Notes: generated from the letters alone by a model not told the origin. A DNA stretch of 32,000 nt from Vibrio vulnificus CMCP6 (GCF_000039765.1 NC_004459.3:450001-482000), one strand, 5' to 3'; shown: positions 8,906-20,833, numbered from the stretch's first letter. Numbers and translations: made by a program.

Positions 8906-11098
8906 TCACAGCGCACGATATTTATCTCTTAATCTTTGGCGTACCCACTCGGCCAGCGAGTTGACGGCGAAGGTGAAAACAAACAGCAATAGGGCGGCTA
9001 AAAACAATAATCGGAAGTGCGAACTGCCCACTTCTGATTCCGGCAACTCAACCGCAATGGTCGCAGATAAGGTGCGCATCCCTTCCAAAATATTCCAATC
9101 CATTAGCGGCGTGTTTCCAGTCGCCATTAAAACGATCATGGTTTCGCCAACAGCACGCCCAAGCCCCATCATGATGGCAGAAAAAATTCCCGGGCTCGCG
9201 GTGAGAATCACCACATGAGTGAGCGTTTGCCACGCTGTCGCGCCCAGCGCCAAAGAACCATCAGAGAGATGCTTAGGCACGGAGAAAATCGCATCCTCCG
9301 CTATGGTAAAAATGGTTGGAATCACAGCAAAGCCCATGGCTAATCCCACCACCATCGCATTACGCTGGTCAAAACCAATCCCATGCTGCGATAAAAATAA
9401 CCGAATATCGCCAGCAAAAAATAGCGTTTCCAATTCAGGAGCAAACTGCATTCCGAGCGCGACGACCAGCACCATACTCGGGATTAAGATCAGAGCATGC
9501 CAACCATTAGGAATACGATGTCGTATCGTCGCGGGCAACAGAGTCCAAAGTCCACCAATAAAGACGGTACTCAGAGGTAGCACAACCATCAGTAGCACCA
9601 CACTGATCAGATGCTGCTCAACGATCGGTGCAAACCACAAGCCCGCTAAAAAACCGATAATGACCGTTGGCATCGCTTCCATTAGTTCAATGGAAGGTTT
9701 AACGATACGACGCATTTTCGGCGCCATAAAATAACCGGTATAGATGGCACCAAGAACAGCAATGGGAACAGAAAACAGCATGGCGAACAGCGCAGCCTTA
9801 ATGGTACCAAAAGCAATCGGAACGATACTGAACTTCGCTTCAAAATCGTCACTTGCTGAAGTGGATTGCCAAACAAACTCGGGCTCTGGATAACCTTCAT
9901 ACCACACCTTTTGCCACAGCGATGACAGCGAAATTTCAGGGTATGGATTGTCCACCGTCGCCAGCGTTAATCGTTCGGGAAAATACGTTAAAAGGTATTG
10001 TTCATTATTCGACATAGCCGCCATCTGCGGGGCTTGTTGATAGGCGCGCAAAAACAGAGCCAATTTTTCACTGGTGGTATAGTGGCTCTGTAACGTTCCG
10101 TTGGTATAAAAACTGTAGAAGCCTTTACGATGCGTATCCGGCAAGAGGAATTGCACTTCTGAAGCTAACTTAAAATCACGAATGTGCGTCAATTTGCGCT
10201 GATTTTGCTGACGGGTATCAAACCATTGCGACACCCGGCCATCATTGTGGGTGACCAATAAAGAGTAGGCTCCGGCAAGCAGGTCTATTTGACGTACTGA
10301 GTGCTTCTGATCACCCAAGGTGAGATCAACAATCTCTCGCACAACAAATTGCTCATCACGCTTCTTCGCCACCACCAACTCAGAACCAGAACGTACGTAG
10401 AGGGTTTCTCCATCTGGCGTTATAAGAAGTTGCGATGCCGCATCAAAACTGGTTGCGAATTGGAAATCGCGTTGCACCCACTCACCTTGCACACTTTGCT
10501 GCCAACGAACGTGGACTCGTCCATCGTTTGTTAACCAAGTTAGCGTTGGAGAAGGTTCTACGTTACTGAACGCAAACCGTGCGATATCACTGCCTTGCGC
10601 CGCAAGACGAAAGTCAAAGCTAGGGGCATAAATCTCAACCTCAGGTCGTTGAACACTCTTCGCCAGCGAACTGTTAAAACGAGGTTTAAACAACGTCACT
10701 AGCCCTTGCTGAGAAACAAAGCCATAGCTGTCTAACGCAGAAACACTCTTGGCAAAAGCGGTCGGATTCTCACTGATTTGTGTTTCGAGTATTGCCTCAC
10801 CACTATCTAGCTGCCAAAACGTTAGACGACCATCTTCGGTAATAGTCAATGCTCTAAGGCCATAATCATCAACAGCAATCGCGACGGGCGGCTTCGTCGC
10901 AATAGGCATACTGAGTTTATTGGGTTCTAGTTTAGCGTCCGAAAAGAGTGGGATCACCACCATCGCTAAATAGACAAAAATCAACACTAAGGCAGCCAAA
11001 ACCCCAACACCGCCACTGGTTACAGCCAAACGAACTAGGCGATCTTTTAACAATCTCGACTTGTCTCTGGTCTGCAATGTGAACTCGGCTCTGGCCAT
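8906..11098 (-). CDS. pstC: Phosphate ABC transporter permease PstC, long form
   Basis: C-terminal permease core (SLALGATAWQTLTHVVILTASPGIFSAIMMGLGRAVGETMIVLMATGN). The ORF track start is 11191, but MARAEFTLQTRD at 11098 is preferred because a Pho box/-10 lies inside the N-terminal extension. Confidence 0.9.
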   Translation of the reverse strand: MARAEFTLQTRDKSRLLKDRLVRLAVTSGGVGVLAALVLIFVYLAMVVIPLFSDAKLEPNKLSMPIATKPPVAIAVDDYGLRALTITEDGRLTFWQLDSGEAILETQISENPTAFAKSVSALDSYGFVSQQGLVTLFKPRFNSSLAKSVQRPEVEIYAPSFDFRLAAQGSDIARFAFSNVEPSPTLTWLTNDGRVHVRWQQSVQGEWVQRDFQFATSFDAASQLLITPDGETLYVRSGSELVVAKKRDEQFVVREIVDLTLGDQKHSVRQIDLLAGAYSLLVTHNDGRVSQWFDTRQQNQRKLTHIRDFKLASEVQFLLPDTHRKGFYSFYTNGTLQSHYTTSEKLALFLRAYQQAPQMAAMSNNEQYLLTYFPERLTLATVDNPYPEISLSSLWQKVWYEGYPEPEFVWQSTSASDDFEAKFSIVPIAFGTIKAALFAMLFSVPIAVLGAIYTGYFMAPKMRRIVKPSIELMEAMPTVIIGFLAGLWFAPIVEQHLISVVLLMVVLPLSTVFIGGLWTLLPATIRHRIPNGWHALILIPSMVLVVALGMQFAPELETLFFAGDIRLFLSQHGIGFDQRNAMVVGLAMGFAVIPTIFTIAEDAIFSVPKHLSDGSLALGATAWQTLTHVVILTASPGIFSAIMMGLGRAVGETMIVLMATGNTPLMDWNILEGMRTLSATIAVELPESEVGSSHFRLLFLAALLLFVFTFAVNSLAEWVRQRLRDKYRAL

Positions 11099-11128
11099 CG
11101 AATTTTCTACCCTTTTTGACGTGCTGAC

Positions 11129-11162
11129 ATAATATTTCGTTAAGATGACAATTATATTACAG
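11129..11162 (-). promoter_or_regulatory. Predicted PhoB-dependent promoter of pstC (Pho box plus -10)
   Basis: Minus strand CTGTAATATAATTGTCAT (two 7-mers with a 4-nt spacer, close to CTGTCAT-N4-CTGTCAY), then 10 nt CTTAACGAAA, then TATTAT. Confidence 0.75.
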
Positions 11163-11295
11163 ATCACATTAACCATATGAAAATAATACAACTATTATGA
11201 TAGTCATGGTATGAAATAAATCTGTAACAAAAAACACATACTGTGCCTCCTTATTGAGTCCATTTTTAATTACATGATCAACGTCAGGCCAATTT

Positions 11296-13398
11296 ATGAG
11301 TGCGGATAAATTCTATATAGAAAAAGAGCTTAGCTGGCTGTCATTCAATGAACGGGTATTACAAGAAGCCGCCGACAAAACCGTGCCGCTCATTGAGCGC
11401 ATTCGCTTTCTTGGTATCTTCTCCAATAACTTGGATGAGTTTTACAAAGTGCGATTTTCGGATGTGAAACGCCGAATTTTGATTAATCGAGAGCAAGGTG
11501 GTAACGACATTTCAAAGCACTTGTTGTCAAAGATGCAGAGCAAAGCCTTAAAACTCAACGAACGCTTTGATGAACTCTACAATGAACTGATCCGAGATAT
11601 GGCAAGGCGGCATATTTTTCTCGTCAACGAAAGCCAACTCGATGAAGCTCAACAAAAATGGATCATCAAATATTTCCAGAAAGAAGTGTTGCCTCACATC
11701 ACTCCGCTGATGTTGACCGATGAAATTGACGTACTGCAGTTTTTGAAAGACGAGTACGCGTACATCGCTGTGGAGTTGAAACAACAAGAACAGGCCAAAT
11801 ATGCCTTACTGGAAATCCCCACCGATCACCTTCCTCGCTTCATTATGGTGCCAGAGCAAAAAGGCAAACGTAAGAAAACCATTATCTTGCTCGACAACAT
11901 CATTCGCTTTTGCCTTAACGATATCTTCCGTGGCTTTTTTGACTACGACGAGCTCAATGGCTATGCGATGAAAATGACCCGAGACGCCGAATACGACTTG
12001 CGTCATGAAGTTGAATACAGCTTGCTAGAGCAGATGTCTGAAGGCCTCAGCCAACGCCTAACCGCCTTGCCAGTGCGCTTTGTTTACGAGCGAGACATGC
12101 CCGAGGACATGCTCAAATATCTCTGCTACAAACTCAAAATCTCTCATTACGACAGTTTGATTCCTGGCGGTCGTTATCACAATTTCAAAGACTTTATCGC
12201 CTTTCCAAACGTTGGACGTGACTACTTAGAGAACAAACCGCTGCCACCATTGGCCTGCGCAGATTTTGAAGGCTACGCCAACGCATTTGATGCCATTCGC
12301 AATCAAGATATTCTCCTGCACTACCCTTACCATAGCTTTGAACACATCACTGAGCTCGTGCGTCAGGCTTCGTTTGACCCCAAGGTGGTCAGTATCAAGA
12401 TCAACGTTTATCGCGTTGCCAAAAACTCACGCTTAATGAACTCATTGATCGATGCGGTGCATAACGGCAAGCGGGTCACCGTGGTCGTAGAGTTACAGGC
12501 TCGTTTTGACGAAGAAGCCAATATTGAATGGTCTAAGCTGCTGACTGATGCCGGTGTGCACGTCATTTTTGGTGTGCCGGGGATGAAAATTCACGCCAAG
12601 TTACTACTGATCACACGTCGCGAAGAGCAAGGGTTCGTTCGCTACGCGCACATCGGTACGGGTAATTTCCACGAGCGCACTGCCCGTATCTACACCGACT
12701 TTTCGCTGCTTACGGCGGATCAAGAACTCGCTGCAGAAGTGAGAGGCGTGTTTAGTTACATCATGAATCCTTTCCGACCGATAAAATTTCGTCATCTCAT
12801 CGTTTCCCCCAGAAACTCTCGCTCGCAACTTTATCGTTTATTGGATAGAGAAATTCACAACGCGCAAGCGGGCAAAAAAGCCTCAATTACCCTCAAAGTG
12901 AACAATTTGGTCGATAAAGGGTTGATCAGTAAGCTCTATGCGGCCAGCAGCGCTGGGGTGAAAATTCGCATGATCATTCGGGGCATGTGCTCATTGGTTC
13001 CTGGGTTAGAAGGGATTAGCGAAAACATTGAAATCATCAGCATCATTGATCGATTTTTAGAACACCCACGCGTGTTGGTGGTGCACAACGATGGTGATCC
13101 GCAAGTATTCATCTCTTCTGCGGACTGGATGGAACGCAACATCGATAACCGTATTGAGGTGATGTCCCCTGTACGTGATGCACGTATCAAACAACGGATT
13201 ATCGATATTCTCAGCATCCAATTTACTGATACAGTGAAGGCTCGCCGCATCGACAAAGAGATGAGCAATAACTATGTTGAACGCGGTAATCGCAAAAAAA
13301 TACGTTCTCAGATAGCCATCTACGACTATCTTAAAAATGTTGAGAAACATACGCGCAAGCAAAAGGGGCAAGTAGAACCGAATGACAACAACCAATAG
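11296..13398 (+). CDS. ppk1: Polyphosphate kinase 1
   Basis: 700 aa; [45 protein letters not shown]; [10 protein letters not shown]; [20 protein letters not shown]. Confidence 0.98.
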   Translation: MSADKFYIEKELSWLSFNERVLQEAADKTVPLIERIRFLGIFSNNLDEFYKVRFSDVKRRILINREQGGNDISKHLLSKMQSKALKLNERFDELYNELIRDMARRHIFLVNESQLDEAQQKWIIKYFQKEVLPHITPLMLTDEIDVLQFLKDEYAYIAVELKQQEQAKYALLEIPTDHLPRFIMVPEQKGKRKKTIILLDNIIRFCLNDIFRGFFDYDELNGYAMKMTRDAEYDLRHEVEYSLLEQMSEGLSQRLTALPVRFVYERDMPEDMLKYLCYKLKISHYDSLIPGGRYHNFKDFIAFPNVGRDYLENKPLPPLACADFEGYANAFDAIRNQDILLHYPYHSFEHITELVRQASFDPKVVSIKINVYRVAKNSRLMNSLIDAVHNGKRVTVVVELQARFDEEANIEWSKLLTDAGVHVIFGVPGMKIHAKLLLITRREEQGFVRYAHIGTGNFHERTARIYTDFSLLTADQELAAEVRGVFSYIMNPFRPIKFRHLIVSPRNSRSQLYRLLDREIHNAQAGKKASITLKVNNLVDKGLISKLYAASSAGVKIRMIIRGMCSLVPGLEGISENIEIISIIDRFLEHPRVLVVHNDGDPQVFISSADWMERNIDNRIEVMSPVRDARIKQRIIDILSIQFTDTVKARRIDKEMSNNYVERGNRKKIRSQIAIYDYLKNVEKHTRKQKGQVEPNDNNQ

Positions 13399-14881
13399 TC
13401 GAGATATTGCCGCTATCGACCTAGGATCCAACAGTTTTCATATGGTCGTCGCCAAGGTGGTCGATGAAGATCTGCAATTGATCAGTCGCCACAAACAGCG
13501 AGTACATCTTGCTGATGGTTTAGATATGGAAATGAATTTAAGCCATTCTGCGATGGAAAGAGGCTTGGAATGTTTGGCGATGTTTGCTGAAAGGCTGCAA
13601 GGATTTGAGCCAGAAAACGTACGTATCGCTGCCACGCATACCCTACGCCAAGCACGAAACGCTCACTTATTTCTACAAAGAGCAAAGCAAGTGCTGCCCT
13701 TTCCCATCGAAATCATTCCTGGGGAAGAAGAAGCGCGCTTGATCTATTTGGGCGTGGCACATACTCAGTTAGAGGTCTCTTCCAAACTTGTGGTCGATAT
13801 CGGTGGTGGCAGTACCGAGATGATCATCGGTAAGGATTTTGAGCCCGAGCTTCTAAACAGTAAACAAATGGGGTGCGTCAGTTTTACCAGCCGCTACTTT
13901 GCAAATGGTAAAATGACCAAGAAGAATTTCAATAAAGCGATGGTCGCTTGCGAGCAAAAACTCGAATCCATCGCCAGCCAATATCGGAAAAAAGGCTGGG
14001 AAATCGCTTACGGTTCTTCAGGCTCCATTAAAGCCATTCGTGAAGTTCTAGTGGGGATTGGTTTTGAGGATGGACTCATCACTCAAGCTCGTCTCAACAC
14101 CTTAATGGATATGCTCTGTAGCTTCGAAACCATCGATGACATTCAATTGCCAGGCTTAACTGATGAGCGTAAACCGGTGTTTGCCGCAGGCGTAGCCATT
14201 CTTAGCGCCATTATCCAAACACTAAAGATTTCCGAAATGCATTACTCTGATGGCGCTCTGCGAGAAGGGTTACTCTATGAGATGGAAGCCCGTTTTGCGC
14301 GATCCGATTTACGCATGCGCACAACAGAAAACTTAGCGAAGAAGCACCTCGTTGATTTGGAGCATGCTGCGCGTGTGAAAGGGCTCGCCATTGAGCTTCT
14401 GGAGCAAGCTCATAAACCTCTAGGCATCAAAAGAGAGAGTGAACTTGCCACTCTGTTAGAATGGGCTGCGTTACTGCATGAGGTGGGATTAAGTATCAGC
14501 CTACGCGGCTTCCATCGCCATTCAGCCTACATTCTGCAACACACTAACATGCCTGGCTTTAACAGCGAACAACAACTGCTATTGGCTTTTCTTACTCGCT
14601 ATCAGCGAAAGTCGCTCAAACTCACTGAACTTCCCGATTTCCATCTCTACAGCCGCGAGCAAGTGATCAACTTAATCCGTATATTGCGATTAGCCATTTT
14701 GATCAACGGGCAGCGCAATGACGATCCATTGCCTGAATTTCATCTACAGGTGAAAGAGAACCATTGGACATTGCAAGGTAAAGAAACGGATTGGCAGGAA
14801 AACAACAAATTACTTTCCGCGGATCTGCAAAGTGAACAAGAACGCTGGCAACAAGTAAACTGGCAGCTCGAGCTTGACTAA
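13382..14881 (+). CDS. ppx: Exopolyphosphatase
   Basis: 499 aa; [46 protein letters not shown]; overlaps the ppk1 3' end by 17 nt. Confidence 0.96.
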   Translation: MTTTNSRDIAAIDLGSNSFHMVVAKVVDEDLQLISRHKQRVHLADGLDMEMNLSHSAMERGLECLAMFAERLQGFEPENVRIAATHTLRQARNAHLFLQRAKQVLPFPIEIIPGEEEARLIYLGVAHTQLEVSSKLVVDIGGGSTEMIIGKDFEPELLNSKQMGCVSFTSRYFANGKMTKKNFNKAMVACEQKLESIASQYRKKGWEIAYGSSGSIKAIREVLVGIGFEDGLITQARLNTLMDMLCSFETIDDIQLPGLTDERKPVFAAGVAILSAIIQTLKISEMHYSDGALREGLLYEMEARFARSDLRMRTTENLAKKHLVDLEHAARVKGLAIELLEQAHKPLGIKRESELATLLEWAALLHEVGLSISLRGFHRHSAYILQHTNMPGFNSEQQLLLAFLTRYQRKSLKLTELPDFHLYSREQVINLIRILRLAILINGQRNDDPLPEFHLQVKENHWTLQGKETDWQENNKLLSADLQSEQERWQQVNWQLELD

Positions 14882-14902
14882 CTGGCGCTGAAAAGCGCGA
14901 AA

Positions 14903-14929
14903 CAATAAGGCCGCAGTGCGGCCTTATTG
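14903..14929. terminator. Bidirectional terminator-like hairpin between convergent ppx and pstS
   Basis: CAATAAGGCCGCA-G-TGCGGCCTTATTG, perfect 13-bp inverted repeat. Confidence 0.8.
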
Positions 14930-14932
14930 GGT

Positions 14933-15886
14933 TTATAACCCGACTTTTGCCAACTCTTGCTTGGCAAACTCTTCCGTTATCGACACGTAACCATCTTTCT
15001 CTACTAGCGCCTGTCCTTGTGCCGAGTAGATAAATTTAATGAACTCAGCTTCAATGGGGCTCAGAGCCTTACTCGGATGCTTGTTGACATACACATACAA
15101 ATAACGTGAAAGAGGGTAATCGCCAGTCAGAATGTTTTCTCGACTCGGATAAACAAACTCATTACCTTGCTTAGCAATAGGAAGTAGGCGCACGCCCGCC
15201 ACACGATAACCCACACCAGAGTAACCTATGCCACTGAGCGTGGATGCCACCGATTGCACTACCGAAGCCGACCCCGGCTGTTCATTCACTTGGCTTTTAA
15301 AATCGCCGCCACACAGGGCGTGCTTTTTGAAGTAGCCGTAGGTTCCAGAAACCGAATTGCGCCCAAAGAGCTGAAAGTTGCGCTTTGCCCACTCCGCATC
15401 AATACCAAGCTGCGCCCACGTGCTGACAAAATCTTCTGCACCACAGCGTAAAGTCGCGGAGAAAATGGCGTCCAACTGCGGAAAGTTGAGACCTTGAACC
15501 GGATTGTCTTGATGAACAAAAATACCGATGGCATCAATCGCAACTCGTAACGCCGTAGGTTTATAACCATGAGTTCGCTCAAAGGCTTCCACTTCTCTTA
15601 AACGCATTGGACGGCTCATTGGGCCAAACTGCGCCGTTTGCTCCGTCAGAGCGGGAGGCGCCGTTGAGGAGCCCGAGGCTTGCACCTGAGCATTGATGTT
15701 CGGATAAAGCGCCTTAAACTCTTCCACCCAAAGAGTGGTCATCCCCGCAAGCGTATCCGAGCCGACAGATAACAAATTCCCAGAAACACCGGGGATTTTT
15801 TTATAAGGTTGCAATGGTGTATCCAATGCCTGAGCACTCGCACTTATTCCACCCATCAACAATAAACTCAACCACCATCGTTTCAT
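14933..15886 (-). CDS. pstS: Phosphate ABC transporter substrate-binding protein, PstS-like
   Basis: 317 aa; signal peptide; [43 protein letters not shown]; [17 protein letters not shown]. Confidence 0.9.
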   Translation of the reverse strand: MKRWWLSLLLMGGISASAQALDTPLQPYKKIPGVSGNLLSVGSDTLAGMTTLWVEEFKALYPNINAQVQASGSSTAPPALTEQTAQFGPMSRPMRLREVEAFERTHGYKPTALRVAIDAIGIFVHQDNPVQGLNFPQLDAIFSATLRCGAEDFVSTWAQLGIDAEWAKRNFQLFGRNSVSGTYGYFKKHALCGGDFKSQVNEQPGSASVVQSVASTLSGIGYSGVGYRVAGVRLLPIAKQGNEFVYPSRENILTGDYPLSRYLYVYVNKHPSKALSPIEAEFIKFIYSAQGQALVEKDGYVSITEEFAKQELAKVGL

Positions 15887-17181
15887 TTCGCCACCAATTT
15901 TGCCGGTAAAACGAATGAAAACTTACTGCCACTGCCAACTTTACTTTGGATATCCAAATGAGTGTCGTGATGAGTCAAAGCATGTTTTACAATCGCTAGA
16001 CCTAAACCACTGCCTCCGGTGTCACGAGAGCGTGCTTTGTCAACACGATAAAAACGCTCCGTTAGACGATGGATATGTTGCGGTTCAATACCATCACCAC
16101 TGTCTTCCACTTCTAGGCAAGCACCCTTGCTATTGCGATACCAACGAACCTGTACGCTTGCACCAGCAGGTGTGTACTTCACGGCATTGTATACTAGGTT
16201 CGAAATAGCACTGCGCAGTTGATCTTCATCGGCATAGACTTTAAGCGCTTTATCCACTTGGAAAGAGATGGCGTGCTGATTATCACCACTCAAACTTACC
16301 GCTTCTTTCTCTAGCACTTCCAGCATGGCGGGCACATCAACCACTTCATCCAACTCATGAATTGGCGACGCTTCGATCTTGGATAAGGTTAACAACTGAT
16401 TCACTAAACTGTTCATTCGATTCAGCTGTTCCGTCATCACACGATGGGCTTTGCCCCACATGGGGCCAACCAACATGTCCGGGTCTTCGGTCATTTCGAG
16501 ATAACCCTGAAGCACCGTCATTGGCGTACGTAACTCATGGGAAACATTAGCAAAAAAGTTTCGACGCATGCCTTCTAGCTGTTTCAACTGCGTCACGTCA
16601 CGCACCACCATCAAGTGCTCACCTTCAGTATAAGGAACAATACGCAGTTCCAGCGTACGTTCAACGTTTAGCGGCGAGCACATTTCCAACGGTTCAGAAA
16701 AATCATTACCAGAGAGATATTTAATAAAGTCAGGAGTGCGAAGAAGATTAGAAATAGGCTGACCAGAATCTTCAGGCCAATGGAAACCTAATAGATGTTG
16801 CGCCAGCTTGTTACACCAGACAATGTTGCCCTCCGCACGAAACACCACAACCGCATCCGGCAACGATTCTGCACCATTGCGGAAACGACGGATCAAATTC
16901 GTCAGTTCTTTACGCTTGCGTCGCTGCCTTTGCTGTAAGCGATAAAGGCCATTAAACAGCGATTCCCAATTACCACTGCCCGATGGCGGCGTTAAACGCT
17001 TTTCATCCCAGAGCCACGCAGACAAACGTACCTGATTGTGTAAATGCCAACCAAGCTGCAAAGCCGTCGCCACCAAAAGCAGCCACGGCATATAGCCGAA
17101 TATCCACCCAACAATCACCCAGGGGGTGTAAAAAAAAGCCAGCTCCCATGCCAGCTTTTTCCAAGTTAATCTTTCAACCAC
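15883..17181 (-). CDS. phoR: Phosphate regulon sensor histidine kinase PhoR
   Basis: 432 aa; PAS-like region; H-box [22 protein letters not shown]; [14 protein letters not shown]. Confidence 0.96.
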   Translation of the reverse strand: MVERLTWKKLAWELAFFYTPWVIVGWIFGYMPWLLLVATALQLGWHLHNQVRLSAWLWDEKRLTPPSGSGNWESLFNGLYRLQQRQRRKRKELTNLIRRFRNGAESLPDAVVVFRAEGNIVWCNKLAQHLLGFHWPEDSGQPISNLLRTPDFIKYLSGNDFSEPLEMCSPLNVERTLELRIVPYTEGEHLMVVRDVTQLKQLEGMRRNFFANVSHELRTPMTVLQGYLEMTEDPDMLVGPMWGKAHRVMTEQLNRMNSLVNQLLTLSKIEASPIHELDEVVDVPAMLEVLEKEAVSLSGDNQHAISFQVDKALKVYADEDQLRSAISNLVYNAVKYTPAGASVQVRWYRNSKGACLEVEDSGDGIEPQHIHRLTERFYRVDKARSRDTGGSGLGLAIVKHALTHHDTHLDIQSKVGSGSKFSFVLPAKLVAK

Positions 17182-17201
17182 TCACAACTCCGACATGGTA
17201 T

Positions 17202-17891
17202 TTACGCTTTCGTTGAGAAACGATAGCCCGCGCCTCGCACTGTTTGAATCAGTTTATCATGCCCTGCATCTTCTAGCGCTTTACGCAGGCGACGAATGTG
17301 AACATCAACCGTGCGATCTTCCACATAAACATTAGTGCCCCACACATTGTTCAACAGTTGCTCTCGACTGTACACGCGCTCTTGGTGGGTCATAAAGAAA
17401 TGCAACATTTTGAATTCTGTTGGCCCCATATCAACAGGCGCGTCATTGGCCGTCACACGGTGAGAAACAGGATCGAGTTTAAGCCCTTGAACATCAATCA
17501 CATCTTCTAGTGCGGTTGGCGTGACACGGCGAATCACCGCTTTAAGGCGAGCCACTAACTCTTTTGGCGAAAAAGGCTTGGTAATGTAATCGTCCGCACC
17601 GACTTCAAGGCCACGAACTTTGTCTTCTTCTTCACCACGAGCCGTCAACATCACCACAGGGATGTTACGCGTCAGCTCTTCACGCTTCATGTGCTTAATG
17701 AAATTGATGCCACTGCCACCTGGCAGCATCCAATCCAGTAATACTAAATCTGGGAAGGGTTCAGCAAGTTTGTTTACTGCCGTATCATAATCTTCAGCTT
17801 CAACCGCCTGGTAACCTTTCTGTTCAAGCACGAAACACAGCATTTCGCGAATTGGCGCTTCGTCCTCTACTACCAGAATCCTTCTAGACAT
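17202..17891 (-). CDS. phoB: Phosphate regulon response regulator PhoB
   Basis: 229 aa; [28 protein letters not shown]-terminal winged helix [19 protein letters not shown]...VRGAGYRFS. Confidence 0.98.
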   Translation of the reverse strand: MSRRILVVEDEAPIREMLCFVLEQKGYQAVEAEDYDTAVNKLAEPFPDLVLLDWMLPGGSGINFIKHMKREELTRNIPVVMLTARGEEEDKVRGLEVGADDYITKPFSPKELVARLKAVIRRVTPTALEDVIDVQGLKLDPVSHRVTANDAPVDMGPTEFKMLHFFMTHQERVYSREQLLNNVWGTNVYVEDRTVDVHIRRLRKALEDAGHDKLIQTVRGAGYRFSTKA

Positions 17892-17953
17892 AATTGAATA
17901 ACCTTATGTAAGTTTGAATAATTTATAGGCCCTAGCCCTTTGCAACTGAAAGC

Positions 17954-17987
17954 ATTATCACGTTCAATTATGACACTTTTGTGACCT
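17954..17987 (-). promoter_or_regulatory. Predicted PhoB-dependent promoter of phoB
   Basis: Minus strand AGGTCACAAAAGTGTCAT (Pho box), 10 nt AATTGAACGT, then GATAAT. Confidence 0.75.
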
Positions 17988-18109
17988 TTGCAAACAAATT
18001 TTCATATAACTGTCTTTGTTGATTCATCTTGATTTTTTCCAACTCGATTAGGACAAGCCAGAAAAAATTGCCTATCATGTTGCCCCTGTATTTATCTTAG
18101 AGAAGCGCT

Positions 18110-19024
18110 ATGTGGTTTAAAAACTGTATGGTCTATCGCGTGAATCGCGAGATTGAATTCAACGCAGATCAACTTGAAAAACAATTGGCAGAGTTCCGTT
18201 ATACGCCTTGTGGCAGCCAGGATAAGCAAAAATTTGGCTGGGTAAGCGCGATGGGACGACACGGTGATATGATGACCCACGTGTCAGAAGACCGCATTCT
18301 TATCTGTGCTAAAAAAGAAGAAAAAATGCTGCCCGCTTCGGTGATCAAAGAATCACTGAATGCCAAAGTGGAAGCGATGGAAGCCCAAGAAGGCCGCCCG
18401 CTGAAGAAAAAAGAGAAAGAAACACTTAAAGAAGAGATCATCATTGATCTTCTACCACGAGCTTTCAGCCGCAGTAATCACACCTATGTGCTCATCTTGC
18501 CAAAAGAAGGGTTTATTTTGGTCGATGCCAGCAGCTACAAAAAAGCAGAAGACGTGCTCGCACTGCTGCGCAAAACCATGGGTAGCCTACCTGTTGTACC
18601 TGCGATTCCAGAAAAAGCGGTTGAGACCACGTTGACTGAATGGGTAAAAACAGGCCAAACACCACAAGGTTTCCATTTACTCGATGAAGCCGAACTTAAA
18701 TCGGTTCTGGAAGATGGCGGCATTATTCGCTGTAAGAAGCAAGAGCTAACCAGCGACGAAATTCTCAGTCATATCGCTGCAGATAAAGTTGTGACAAAAC
18801 TGGCCCTCAATTGGCAAGAGCGATTGGAGTTTGTTCTGGCCGATGATGCAAGCATCAAACGTTTGAAGTTTTCTGATGAATTACGCGATCAGAACGATGA
18901 TATTCCGCGAGAAGATCAAGCCGCACGCTTTGATGCAGACTTTTCTCTCATGTGTGGCGAGCTGTCTGCATTTTTGCCAAACCTTTTTCAAGCACTGGGT
19001 GGTTTACCTCACCCTAACGCTTAA
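18110..19024 (+). CDS. rdgC: Recombination-associated protein RdgC
   Basis: 304 aa; [17 protein letters not shown]; [12 protein letters not shown]; [15 protein letters not shown]. Confidence 0.96.
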   Translation: MWFKNCMVYRVNREIEFNADQLEKQLAEFRYTPCGSQDKQKFGWVSAMGRHGDMMTHVSEDRILICAKKEEKMLPASVIKESLNAKVEAMEAQEGRPLKKKEKETLKEEIIIDLLPRAFSRSNHTYVLILPKEGFILVDASSYKKAEDVLALLRKTMGSLPVVPAIPEKAVETTLTEWVKTGQTPQGFHLLDEAELKSVLEDGGIIRCKKQELTSDEILSHIAADKVVTKLALNWQERLEFVLADDASIKRLKFSDELRDQNDDIPREDQAARFDADFSLMCGELSAFLPNLFQALGGLPHPNA

Positions 19025-19032
19025 GCCTTTTC

Positions 19033-19056
19033 AACGCCTTCGCCACAGAAGGCGTT
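19033..19056 (+). terminator. Terminator after rdgC
   Basis: AACGCCTTC-GCCACA-GAAGGCGTT followed by TTTC. Confidence 0.75.
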
Positions 19057-19166
19057 TTTCTCTCTTTTACCTAGTCAAGGATCACAATTTGGCGTAAAAT
19101 TTGCGCCCCGATTCCATATGGTGGAATCGTACTGACCTGTGATCAGATAAAAAGAGAATTCAAGCA

Positions 19167-20567
19167 ATGACATCAAATACACCCTTTGTTCCTGAGCTAT
19201 TGTCGCCTGCGGGCAGTCTAAAGAATATGCGTTACGCATTTGCTTATGGCGCTGACGCGGTTTATGCAGGGCAACCTCGCTACAGCCTTCGTGTTCGTAA
19301 CAATGAGTTCAATCACGAGAACCTAAAAATTGGTATCGACGAAGCGCATGCCTTAGGTAAGAAGTTCTATGTGGTATGTAACATTCAACCGCACAACTCT
19401 AAGCTAAAAACGTTTATCCGAGATTTGAAGCCGGTTGTGGATATGGGCCCAGACGCGCTAATCATGTCTGACCCAGGCTTGATCATGATGGTGCGTGAAG
19501 CCTTTCCTGATATGGCGATTCACCTGTCAGTTCAAGCCAACGCGGTGAACTGGGCAACGGTGAAGTTTTGGGCTGCATATGGTGTAGAGCGTGTCATTGT
19601 TTCTCGTGAGCTATCACTCGAAGAGATCGAAGAAATTCGTCAACAGTGTCCAGAAACAGAACTCGAAGTGTTCGTCCATGGCGCCTTGTGTATGGCTTAC
19701 TCAGGTCGTTGCTTACTGTCTGGCTACATCAACAAACGCGACCCTAACCAAGGCACTTGTACTAACGCTTGTCGTTGGGAATACAAGGTTGAGCAAGGCA
19801 AAGAAGACGATGCAGGTCAAATCGTAGAACAGTTTGATCCAAATGCTGCGCAAGCGATCGAAGTGCAAGAAGAGCGCCCAGAAACCACCATTGGTCGTGG
19901 CAAACCCATCGACGATGTTGTTCTTCTATCAGAAAGTCATCGCCCTGACGAAAAAATGGCAGCATTTGAAGATGAGCACGGCACCTACATCATGAACTCA
20001 AAAGACCTACGTGCAGTTCAGCATGTAGAGCGCTTAACTCAGATGGGTGTTCATTCTCTGAAAATTGAAGGCCGTACTAAATCCTTCTACTATTGTGCAC
20101 GTACGGCGCAAGTCTATCGTAAAGCCATTGATGATGCGGTAGCGGGCAAACCATTTGACGAAACACTAATGGGAACGCTAGAAAGCCTTGCTCACCGTGG
20201 ATACACAGAAGGTTTCCTACGTCGTCACACTCATGACGCGTACCAAAATTATGACTACGGTTACTCCGTTTCAGATTCACAACAGTTTGTTGGTGAATTT
20301 ACAGGCAAACGCCGCGGTGACTTGGCGGAAGTAGAAGTGAAAAATAAATTTGTTGTGGGTGATAGCCTAGAGCTAATGACGCCAAAAGGTAACGTCATTT
20401 TCACTCTTGAACAGATGGAAAACCGTAAGTCTGAGTCAATTGACGATGCAAAAGGTAACGGCCACTTTGTCTTTATTCCAGTTCCACAGGATATGGATCT
20501 GAGCTACGCGTTACTTATGCGTAACCTAAACGAAGGTCAGGATACCCGTAACCCAACAGGTAACTAA
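19167..20567 (+). CDS. trhP: Peptidase U32 family tRNA 5-hydroxyuridine-forming protein (TrhP/YegQ)
   Basis: 466 aa; ELLSPAGSLKNMRYAFAYGADAVYAGQPRYSLRVRNNEF; ELEVFVHGALCMAYSGRCLLSGYINKRDPNQGTCTNACRWEY. Confidence 0.92.
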   Translation: MTSNTPFVPELLSPAGSLKNMRYAFAYGADAVYAGQPRYSLRVRNNEFNHENLKIGIDEAHALGKKFYVVCNIQPHNSKLKTFIRDLKPVVDMGPDALIMSDPGLIMMVREAFPDMAIHLSVQANAVNWATVKFWAAYGVERVIVSRELSLEEIEEIRQQCPETELEVFVHGALCMAYSGRCLLSGYINKRDPNQGTCTNACRWEYKVEQGKEDDAGQIVEQFDPNAAQAIEVQEERPETTIGRGKPIDDVVLLSESHRPDEKMAAFEDEHGTYIMNSKDLRAVQHVERLTQMGVHSLKIEGRTKSFYYCARTAQVYRKAIDDAVAGKPFDETLMGTLESLAHRGYTEGFLRRHTHDAYQNYDYGYSVSDSQQFVGEFTGKRRGDLAEVEVKNKFVVGDSLELMTPKGNVIFTLEQMENRKSESIDDAKGNGHFVFIPVPQDMDLSYALLMRNLNEGQDTRNPTGN

Positions 20568-20825
<258 letters not shown>

Positions 20826-20833
20826 TCGATATC

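Noticed and set aside
9219-9734. 171-aa plus-strand ORF
   Set aside because: Entirely antisense to the well-supported pstC coding region, with no recognisable domain or start signals.
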